A stretch of DNA of 64,000 nucleotides from Thalia democratica. Taxonomy: Eukaryota. The notes below the pieces were generated by a model. It had not been told where the DNA came from and did not search any database. It saw only the letters and a list, made by a program, of their open reading frames with translations. The stretch spans positions 1-64,000 of the forward strand of contig CBDBBG010000079.1 of NCBI GenBank assembly GCA_965202585.1, given 5' to 3'. Below, piece by piece: positions 1 through 10,722 of the stretch (position 1 is its first letter; every line of letters begins with the position of its first letter). Both the position numbers and the translations under genes were made by a program.

Positions 1-1718
1 CTAAAAACTAAGAATTATTCTTTATTACTATAATATTTAAAATTTTTATATTAATAACTTTATAATATAAGAACTCAAAATAATAATTGTTAACTATTTA
101 TATTTTGCATAAGTTCTTGAAATTGACTTAAGAATAGTTTTCTGTTTTGTATTATAATGATAAATAATTTAAAAAATAACAAATAAAATTTCTATATCCT
201 GTGAAATATGAAATTATATTTTAGAGTTTTAGTTAATGTTTGTTTTAAAATAAACAAAGTTATTTTTTGTTTCAAGTGTTTCAAAAATTTGATAGTTCTT
301 TAAATTTTTTAATAACCTAAACACTTGAAGGAAAGACTTATAGCTTTTATTCATTTTAAGTATTTAAGTGAATTTTTATTCTGTAGTTTGAATAATGTAA
401 GTTAGTTGAGATATTTCGAGATTCAAATCAAACCTTAGACTTTTAAGGATTTTTTAGTAATAAGCTTAAGTTTAATTTTTTTTTTCTAAATTTTTATGCT
501 AGTTTTTTTAAATTTAAAACCTTTTGAGCCTTAATAATAATATTTTCAGGCATATTAGAAATATTTTTGTTTATTCATAAAGAGCTAAGGATAGTTTAAT
601 AATTTCTGAAAATCTCAGTACTTTTTTCAAATATTTAAATGTTATAAGGTTGATTAAGTTTAAATTTTCGTTTATATATAAATAGCTTTGTTAAAAAGCT
701 AGATTTTTATTAATTTTTATTTTTTGTTTAGGTTTGAAGGGACTCAGGGCAGTTGTAGTCACTCGAAAGAGTTTATTTTTAACCCAAAGAAGTGTCAACA
801 GTGTACTTTCAGTTATAAACATAAAACTAAGTCATTTAAAACAAACTTATAAAAATCATTTTTTTTTTTATTTTTATGTCTGAAATAACTTAATTAACAA
901 AATTGTTTAAAATAAAGAAGTGATAATCTTTAACAACCTTGAACTTAATGAAGTAAAAAATTTAGTACATGAAATGAACAATAACAGCTTCAAGTAATAT
1001 TTTATATAGAGCAACAATATACATACTTGAAAATTAACTGAACTTTGTTTGTTCTTTCTTTTTTGTTCAACATCTATGTTAAATACAGAAAATAATTATA
1101 AAATAATGATAAAGTTAATTGAAAATTTAATGTATGGGTTTAGTTCTTCATAAAACATTTGAGAGTACTAGGTGTTAATTAGGGTGAGTAGAAATGTGTT
1201 TATTTAAATTTGTAAAAGGAAATCCATATTAATACTGTAGAAATAGAAGTGCATTAATAAAGAGGACTCTGCATGATAAAATTATTATAAATTTCAGCTT
1301 CAGTTGATATAAGGCTTTCAAATAATATTAGTTTGATATAGTTCATATGGCTGTCAGCTTTCAGTTGATGTAGTTTGATTACATGATTAAAGTTTAGTTA
1401 ATTGTTTCTAAGCGTAAGAACGTATTTTAAAATCAATTAAAAGTGTTTTCGTATTCCTGCCACTAGAGGCTCTCTTAAATTAGATTTTTTGGTGCGCATA
1501 ATTTTTATTTGCAATTCAGTGTGCACAGGTTTCTATTAGCTTGATGGTTTAGGCTAAGAGTAAAATAAAATAAATTAATTTTGATTTTTAGATCACAGGT
1601 CGTTAAGCTAATCAATGTAATTTTTACTTGTATTTTTTATAAAACATCATATATACAGTTTTACAAATGATATTGAAACTAACTTATTATCAACAGTGAA
1701 CTAAAATAAATATATAAA

Positions 1719-3526
1719 ATGTCAATTTTTAAAAACACAACTGGCAACATTGAAGTCTCTAGCGCACCTGGTGTTGAAAAAACAAAAACCACGAACTCTG
1801 AGAAGCGTGAAATTTGTGAAGAGTTTCTCAGGAACTTCGATGAAAACAAAAATTCCGAAGACGAAGTTATGAAAAGTTTCAAAAGAAATGCAGTTTTGGG
1901 TTTTGATGAAAACGCATTGAAAAGTTTCTCTGATTTTTTTCGTATAGGTAAAAAGTTTTTTCTGTTCTCTTTTAATTATGTGATGGTTTTTTCTTAAAAA
2001 TAAAGAATATACTTTTAATAATTAGCATCTCTATCTAGTTTCATTAACTTCTGTTTTTTTTTTATTAAACTAATAAAATTAGAATTAAATAAACTTTTGT
2101 AGGTAATATGAAGTTATCAAACGAAAATTTCTTTAAACTTTACAAAATGGCAAAACTACTCAATTTCGACATTGCCAAGCAACATTTGCTCGACTCGTTC
2201 AAGATTGACCTGAATATTGACAACGTTTGTTTCTGCCATCAGTTTTCCAACGAAACTCAAAACAAACAAATTCAAAAGTGCACTTTCGACTTCATAACAA
2301 GGTGGTTCTGCTATTTTTCCGAGAACAAAATGTTGGATAGTTTGAGTTTTGATCTCTTTGTGAGGATCTTGTCTAGTTCAGACTTGAATATCACCTCGGA
2401 GCTTGAGGTAGCAAAAGCTGTGAACAATTGGATAAAACACGATCCAAAATCAAGAAGCAAGCTTACATTAGGTTTGGTGAAAACAATTCGTCTACCTCTG
2501 CTATCAACTGCTGCTTTAAACACATTGTTAGATGCTGAAACATTTTCAAAATGTGCTGAGAGTAAGCGGGTTATATTCAAAGCTATCACCGATAAAACTA
2601 TTCAGAACCTTGACCCGAGCTTTGTGGACTGTCGAGTGAGACATTGTGCTCAGGATAGTTTTGAGGTAGCAATTTGCGGCACTAAGAACCGTAACTATCA
2701 CGTGTTCAAGTTAGAAAATGAGAACTGCTCCTTCGTCACTGAGATCGCACGTTTTGATGAAAATATCGACGTGTCCTCAGTTGAGTTCGTGAACGGGATC
2801 ATATACTTCTTGGGTTACGAATATTTTCTTAACAATGTATCGGTGCTGTCTTACTCAGTTTTGACTGGATCCTGGGAGGAATTGAAGTTTCCCGATTGTT
2901 CGTTAAACTGCGGCGATTTTTCAACCTGCAGCTTGGCGGGTAAAATATACATTTTGGCGGGAAACGCGCTACGTAACGTATCAGGAACCAACTTTTTCGT
3001 TTTTGATCCCAGCACTGAAAGTTTCAAGAAGCTGAAACATACCGAACGTTCCAGGAAGGAAGCCGCATCATCCGTATTCAACGGGAGAATAGTGACGTCA
3101 GGAGGATTCGATCATCCGACATCCGTTGAAGCGTACGATCACTGCGCAGATGAATGGTCACGTGACATGCCCGACATGCTGGTGGGAAAAAGAAGTCACG
3201 CTTCGGTGAGCATCGGAAACAAAATGTACGTGATCAGCAAAGTAGAATGTTGCGAGATTTTTGATCTCTTCAGCGGGAAGTTTTCTCTTCTTCAAGCTCC
3301 TCCACTTAAGGAGAATGTTTTTAGCTGTCACTACGTAGTAATTGGTAGCAAGATAATAGCGTTTGCTGGCAGCTATGAATATGAATGTGTTGTTTTTGAT
3401 CCGGAGAAATCAGAATGGGAGAAGAAAGTAAGACTATGTTTCAGGCAAGTTGGACTTTGTGGTAGTTACCACTTCGTAAAATATCCAAAATATATTTGTC
3501 CTTCGTTTTTTTACCATGTTAAATAA
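1719..3526 (+). CDS. Divergent BTB-BACK-Kelch (KLHL-like) protein, copy 1, intact, 550 aa; exons 1719-1947 and 2103-3526
   Basis: Phase-1 GT..AG intron 1948-2102 joins the two ORFs in frame (FFRI-G-NMKLSNENF). BACK motif (LSSSDLNITSELEVAKAVNNWIKHD, IRLPLL) and six kelch-like blades (GKIYILAG, GRIVTSGG, VEAYD..W, NKMYVIS). In-frame TAA at 1707-1709 upstream of ATG. Confidence 0.9.
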
Positions 3527-4588
3527 ACTTACTACTGAAATTCGCAAAGGTCTAACATTGTTGCCCTTAATGTTTCTTACGTTATTTAAATCACTAAAGT
3601 TACATTTTTTTTGAAGTTTGACATGTCCTGGACATGACTTTAAACTTTATCCTGGTGTATGACTTAATAACCGAAAGGTTTTTTCGTACACCAGATCCTT
3701 GGACCAAGTGTTTGAGCGCTTTTTTTTTTTCGTTCAATAAACATCTCGAATAGCACCATACAGCTTTTCAAACTTCAACTAAGTGTGGAAACTTTTTCTA
3801 CAATTGACTACATATCAAAAGTTAATTACTTTTTTTACTATGTAAAAATACTATTACAAAATATAGTCATAGCTTTTAAACAAAGGATAACGTTATTTTA
3901 AAAAACAATGTTGGAAACCCTATAGCCTTAATAAACTAACTAAAAATTTATATCTTCATTTATTAAGATATTACTAGTTTTTGATAAATTATAGAACAAT
4001 ATCAAATAACATTATATAAACATAAATGTAAAAGACGTTTGGGAATCTGTTCAATTACAACTCTATTTTCAATTGCTGTTTTACTAAAATTAGCAAAAGT
4101 TTGCTTAACTCAAATGTATTTTTTACAATAACCGAGTTTTAGCAAAACTTTAGTAAATGGCATTGAAACTTTTGAAGTAAAATTTTACTATTTAAATTGA
4201 TAAAAGTGAATAATGATTATTTGTACAAGTATAATAGATTTGTTAACTTTATGTAACTTTGTTAATAGTATTAGTACAAAAAGCTCCCACAAGTTATAAA
4301 TTCATTATGACATCACAGATAAATTCTATTTTTAACTCAGTTTCCGCTTTTAGCAAGTGTAACAACTGCAAGTTACAAAATTTTAGCCTTTTTTGGTTTC
4401 TTATAAGTCTGTTATTTAAAAATTTATTAAAATGTAAAACAAAATCTAAAATTAAGTTTCTGCTTTATAAACGTTTTTAGTAAACAATCTACATTTTCAG
4501 GAGTCGTAAAAGTTGTTTTTCAAAATACGCTCTGATGTCAAATTAAATACCTAACAACTTTTAAGACTATTGATTCTTTGATCAATTA

Positions 4589-4942
4589 CAGGTTTTTTTT
4601 GTGAAGGCTCTTTAAAGAAACCAAAAAGCAATGGCGCCATTCAACATATTATTTCAAAATACTTATGTTAAATAAACCTAACATCTTTGTCGGATGTTCA
4701 TCATCAACTCTAGAATATATAAAGTAAGCTTCAAATTATGGCTTATGGCTCCCCTTTTACATCTCACGAACCTCTAACTTTCTGAAGTTTTACCAAAATA
4801 TCTAGTATAAGTTACAAAACTACTCTTAAACACGCCAAGACCTACTTTTGCTTTTTACCACTAAACTCAGAATAACTAGTGTAAGTTTCAAAATATTGCC
4901 ACTTTTGAGCTTATAGTCCCCTAAATTCTCTGGGAAGCCCTG
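4589..4942. mobile_element. hAT-like MITE (CAGGG..TTCCCA / TGGGAA..CCCTG family), degenerate
   Basis: Right end tgggaagccctg; homologous to better preserved copies at 49083-49463 and 56695-57058. Confidence 0.5.
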
Positions 4943-5619
4943 ATCTAAGAGTTACATTACTTAAAGAACAATACCAAAAAATTTAATGAGGATAATATTT
5001 TAAACATGATTTTAAAGAAAGCTTATACTTGTGGTTTCTAATTTGTGCAGTTGGTTTCTTCATAGGCAAGTTTTTTATTTATTTATAAAATTTATACGTT
5101 TCACTAGTCTGTTGATTGAATGTTAGCATGTTTTATATTTGAATTTTTGTAGAAAGGTGGTGTTCAGAGGTAATAGATAATATTAAGTTATTGTATTTTA
5201 CAGCTTAAATTAAAAGTTGCAATTGATTTAGAATAGATTGGTTTGTATAATTTTATAACTTTTCCTCTTTTAATGTTGTCACTAGTAGATGGAACTAGCT
5301 ATAAATTCTTTGGAAAACAAAAAAAATTTACTTAAAATTTAGTTTGTTTAAAAATGCGGTGACGTTTTAAATATTTTTATTTCAAAAGTAAAACAGGAAT
5401 TAATAAAACTAGTTATTATTGATATTTATTCTCAAAAAGTTATTGAAAATGACTTAATCAATGGTTACAAAAAAAGTTTAGTTATTTTATGCTAGAGATG
5501 TTAACAATATATTTTATTATAAATTCTGAAATTGAGTTGATAAAATTTCTCTAAAAGTTTACTTGTATTACTTACTGATAAAAAGAACTAAGTAAAAATA
5601 AAAATATTTGATAAATATT

Positions 5620-6487
5620 CAGGGTTTGTGTGCGATTTTTTTTTCATTTAGCCTGACTGAGACCAATTTAGCCTGACATTTTTTCAAAGTAAGTCAAATA
5701 CCCTTTAGAAGTCATTTGAGGTATTGGGAATCTGATTAGTACTGTTGTAGTCTCCTACTTTAACCAGCTTTAGATCAAAACTTTATAAACCTTTTTGAAC
5801 TTTAAAAATCTGCAAAAAGAACCTCATAGCTTAGTTACAACTCAATAAAATAAGGCTAAACTGTGAAAAAGGTGATTGACCCCCCTTTGCCCTTAACATA
5901 ACAAATTCAGTGATAATTTTTTAAATAAGTGATCTACTACTAGTGTAAAAACTTATATTATATATTACTAAACACAATTGTTTAATTTAATTAAGCACTA
6001 AGTTAAAACATTACAACCAGAAGATTTATAATAAAACGACGTGCATTTTTGTGTTTTATTAAAATTTAAAATGAAACGCTTACACGAGTATTAAAATTCA
6101 AACAAACAGCTAAGTTGTTGAACTAAACTGTAATATTTAAAATGTATTTTTTTAATGAATTTTCAAAATTATGACGTATATAACTTACTCAAAATCAAAT
6201 AATGAAGATTCTTAAAAACTTTATAGAGATCCAACAAATTTTTTCAAGCGTTTATTTTTACAAATACTGACTGATTTTGTTTTTAATAACTAATTACTAA
6301 ATTCACACCTCAATTTTATCTTTTAAAAGATTTCTCGATTTTTTTATAATTAAAAATTTTCAAGCATTTGAACTCAGAAAAACTGAGATTGTTAAACTTT
6401 TACATAAATAAATTGATTTAGCCTGACGTTTGTCAACTTTTTTCAAAAAAACTGATTTAGCCTGACTTAGGACGCGCACGAACCCTG
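5620..6487. mobile_element. Non-autonomous TIR element with CAGGG termini (hAT-like)
   Basis: cagggtttgtgtgcg ... cgcgcacgaaccctg inverted ends flanked by aatatt on both sides; subterminal atttagcctgac repeated twice at each end; second copy 57734-58609. Confidence 0.6.
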
Positions 6488-7500
6488 AATATTAAAAAAT
6501 AATTTATATAACTTACAGGTTAAAAAAAATGTAAAACTCATAGTTTACATTAAATTGTACTGTTAACGTTATAATAAAAACAAATATAATATACAGCTGT
6601 AAGAGGTTTATTGATTATTCGAATAGAAAAAAAAACAATAAAAATAAAAACATGCAAAAAAAAAAAACACCAGCAAATAATAACACGATACAAGAAAAAT
6701 AAAAAAATTGTGAACTGTCTAAAATATTCAATAAGATATGATTTAAATCAATTTGCTTCCAAAGGACTTTTTATCAAAATTGGGCCTAATTGAAATTTTA
6801 TGCTGAAAATAGATATTTTGTTATTCTGTTTAACAAAAACTTATATTCGTATTAAGTTCATTTTGGCAAAAAAAAATATTCAGTCCAAAATTACAATAAA
6901 TTCATACGTAAAACTCGCATTAATAAGTATTTGTTTTCATATTTTGTAGTTTACTAAAAATTTTCAGTCAATGAAAAACAAGACAAAACAAGTTCAATAA
7001 AAGAGGTTAACTAAAGGCGTTTAAAAAGCACCCAAATAAAAAATTTAAAAGTGAAAATCAAATAAATTTAAAATCATGCTGAAATTAGTCAATAATTTCG
7101 TGGTAAAAATAATAAAAAAGTGTTGCTTCTTTTTTTACTTGCATTTTACTTTTTTTTTATGTTAACGTGCGCAAAAACAGGCTGAAAACTTATATACTTT
7201 TTTTTAAGTTTTTTTACTTTTTTTCAAGAATATGTTTTGATAAACATTTCAGTAAAATACGAACCAAGCGAATTACAACTTCTACGCCCTCATTCATCTT
7301 TACCCGTGAACTTTTCTTTACTTTTAATTACGAAGTCAATCATGGGTGTTTTTTGTGATTATGACGTCATGAATAAACTCACGTCACAATCAGAATATTT
7401 CTGCGAAGCAAGAAAAACTTGTGTTTTAGTCACATACTATAAAATCCTAGTAGCTGTTTTACATAGCGACGTCAAAATTACACAACTATGACATCATTTA

Positions 7501-8156
7501 TTATGACGTCACTCGAAATCCTACACCAGTATTTTGGTGTCTTCAGTCTGGCGAAAAGCTATTATGACGTCACTCGAAATCGTACACCAGTATTTTGGTG
7601 TCTTCAGACTGGTGAAAAGCTATTATGACGTCACTCGAAATCGTACACCAGTATTTTGGTGTCTTCAGACTGGTGAAAACTATTATGACGTCACTCGAAA
7701 TCGTACACCAGTATTTTGGTGTCTTCAGTCCGGTGAAAAGGTATTATGACGTCACTCGAAGTCGTACACCAGTATTTTGGTGTCTTCAGTTTGGTGAAAA
7801 GCTATTATGACGTCACACGAAATCGTACACCAGTAGTTTGGTGTCTTCAGTTTGGCGAAAAGGTATTATGACGTCACTCGAAATCGTACACCAGTATTTT
7901 GGTGTCTTCAGACTGTTGAAAAGCTATTATGACGTCACTCGAAATCGTACACCAGTATTTTGGTGTCTTCAGTCTGGCGAAAAGCTATTATGACGTCACT
8001 CGAAGTCGTACACCAGTATTTTTGTGTCTTCAGACTGGCGAAAAGCTATTATGACGTCACTCGAAATCGTACACCAGTATTTTGTGTCTTCAGACTGGTG
8101 AAAAGGTATTATGACGTCACTCGAAATCGTACACCAGTATTTTGGTGTCTTCAGTT
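7501..8156. repeat. 61-bp minisatellite, 11 units, derived from the FBXW7 stop-codon region
   Basis: Unit ttatgacgtcactcgaaatcgtacaccagtattttggtgtcttcagactggtgaaaagcta starts at 7501, 7562, 7623, 7683, 7744, 7805, 7866, 7927, 7988, 8049, 8109. Confidence 0.95.
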
Positions 8157-10722
8157 TGGTACCTGCTGCCCACCGCGCACACCAGCTTGGAGGAGGAAGC
8201 GGAAATCCTCCAAACGACTCCTCCGCTGCCTCGGGATTCCAACTCGACTACGTTTCTTATCACCTGAAAAAAATATTCAATTATTATTAACATAATCAAG
8301 ATTGCCAGTATTTTTTTGAGAAATTTTTTCACAGGTTTTCGGAAGTACACGTTTTAGGGTCGAAGTTTAGTTTAAAGTTAAGTTTAAAAACCGTGTTAAG
8401 TAGTATAACAACAAAAGTACTATAAAGCTAACTTAAATGTTATTTTTTATAAAAATAAATTTTAAGATAAATTGATTTTTGTATATGATGATAGATTTTT
8501 CATATATTATCACAATTTCATTAGTTTACACATGTGAGTATTCTTTTAAATTTTCTTAAATACCAGGTTTTTTGGCAACCCTGTAGTGGTTATGTATTAA
8601 CAATGTAAAAACAAATATAATTACTTGTCCGGTTTTAGAGTCCCACAAGTTAACAGTTCCGTCATCCGATAACGTAACAACGAGTTTTCCGTGAAGTTGT
8701 AATGACGTCACTGCCGATTCGTGTTTGAAGTCTCCTGTAAATTACTTATTTGTAATTTATATTGTCATTATTTATGAATTTTCTATGAATTGCAGTTTAT
8801 TTGGCAAAACATTCCAGCATGAGTTTTCAAACACTCAAGCTGACCTGAATGGATCAGAGTTTTTGGAAGCTCTGATTTTTTTATAAATACGAAATAGTAT
8901 TTTTTGTTAGTAAAAGTAGTTTGTTAAAAAACCTTGCTTGAAAAATATTGATATAAACAATTTTGATTCACTAAATATAGACATAACCATTGAGTATTTT
9001 AAATTATTGTCCACAGAAAAAAATACTAACAAAATGTAACAACTAATAACAATTAATTTTATAATTTATAAAAATGTTTATATATTATTCTGTACTTTCT
9101 AACAAAAACTTATAATAATTAAACAAACAACCTTCTATTGTAGTCAAACATTTGCCAGTGAGTATGTTCCATATTTTAACGGTAGAATCGGCGTTTCCAG
9201 ATACAAGTATGTTATCTTTCAACTGCATACCGCTTGTAAGTGATTGGTGACCCAACAATTGGTGCAAACATCTGCCTGTTGATCCAATGTAGTGTTTAAA
9301 GATATTAATGTATTCTAAACAAAATACCATGTAACTAAATATCTACCTGAAGACAATTATCAATAAAATTAATCAAAAAAGTAACTGAATACAGGTTGAA
9401 GCTTCCCAAACTTTCATTAATAAGTCAGTTTTATGAAATAAAATAAATATTTACCTATTAATTTATTTATTAATTTATATTTTACCTGTAGAAGCGTCCC
9501 AAACTCTTATTGAAGTGTCCAAAGATCCGCTTACTATGTATCTTCCGTCGAACTGTGGATATAAGTAGTTTAACAAAATGTTATGTAAAGTTAACAACTA
9601 AAACTGCTTACAACAAGTAATTATGTACTTTAAACTGTTAAGATTATAATAAAAGTTCTCAACTTATAAATAAGGAAAAAAATCACTAAAAAAATGACAT
9701 AACATAATCAAATATAAAATTAGACAATTTAATGTTTACACCTGCAAGAAACTAAACAATTTATAATCTAACTACAGATTTGTGACTATTATTTGTTTAG
9801 TTAGATGTGTCACATGCTTATATTTCAGAAGACTAATGATTACAGAAGACTAATGGTTTAAAAATATTGTTAAATTAATTACTATTGGATTAAAATAACA
9901 ACTTGTTTAACCCGTATAAAAACATGTACAATCTATAGAAACTAAAATATTATAAAAGATTTGCAGACAATAAACCATGGGAGACATCACTTGAGACAAT
10001 ACAATGATATTTATTATTTTTTAATTATTCCTTAATGTTCTTTCAGACAAGCTACAGCCTAGGGATTTAGCACAAACCGCGATGGATTCTAATAATTAGC
10101 TTTACAAATATTCGATCAATTTTGTTTTGAGTAAACAACATTGCTTATCTAATAATTAATTCTTAATAATTATAGTAACTTTCCGATATTATTTTGCTTG
10201 TTTAAATTTTTAAAGTTACGATGGCAAGGAATTGTTTTTATTGAGTATGGTCTACCATTAAAAAAAGGCTAAATATTTTGATTTTAATCCAAGTACAAAC
10301 AAAAGCAATGTATACTTTGATGAAAAACTAAAACCAAAAATGTAACTTATACTTTGCAGTTAACGGAAATTTGAATAGAAATTACTATTAAGGTAGTTTT
10401 AATAAATACTAAAAACTATTAAATAAAATAAATGAAAACTTACAAAGAATCAGCGGTTGTTAATAATACTAAATAAATTATAAAAAAATAACAAACCTGC
10501 AAAGAGTAAACCCTGTTAGTGTGCCCGTGAAGCGAGTGGGTGCAAGTTTCAGTGTTGGGGTCCCAAACCTTGACGATGAAATCGTACGCTCCACTGACCA
10601 CGCAGTTGCCATCGTAACAGACGCACCTGACGGCCGCTAGGTGGCCGACCAGCTGGTGGGTGCACGTTCCCATGGTGACGTCCCACGATCGCAACGTTGC
10701 GTCACGTGATCCCGATACAACT
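8117..10722 (-). pseudogene. FBXW7: 5'-truncated FBXW7 copy A: five WD40 exons (10722-10497, 9552-9486, 9275-9132, 8734-8625, 8263-8117)
   Basis: Spliced translation [44 protein letters not shown]/..[28 protein letters not shown]/..HESAVTSLQ/..[12 protein letters not shown], all GT-AG and phase compatible. The two upstream exons seen in copy B were not found between 10723 and the next Kelch gene. Confidence 0.8.

Noticed and set aside
755-770. gtcactcgaaa shared between the Kelch upstream region and the 61-bp repeat
   Set aside because: An isolated 11-bp match without flanking similarity; compatible with chance.
1679-2589. Antisense ORFs over Kelch genes (1679-1882, 2311-2589 and equivalents at 14450, 15150, 22674, 23315, 33431, 55233)
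   Set aside because: They recur only because the sense genes are paralogous; no independent splice or domain evidence.
7501-8156. CRISPR-like array (palindromic repeats at regular spacing)
   Set aside because: Units are contiguous with no unique spacers, there are no cas genes, the context is eukaryotic, and the unit derives from the FBXW7 terminus.
7501-8156. Hammerhead in the 61-bp unit (minus strand CUGAAGA followed by a CACCA/UGGUG hairpin)
   Set aside because: The hairpin is followed by UACGA, not GAAA, and no stem III with NUH forms.
7534-8295. Plus-strand ORFs 7534-7749, 7625-7810, 7960-8295 (and 59741-60013, 59802-59987)
   Set aside because: Products of the tandem repeat and antisense shadows of the last FBXW7 exon.
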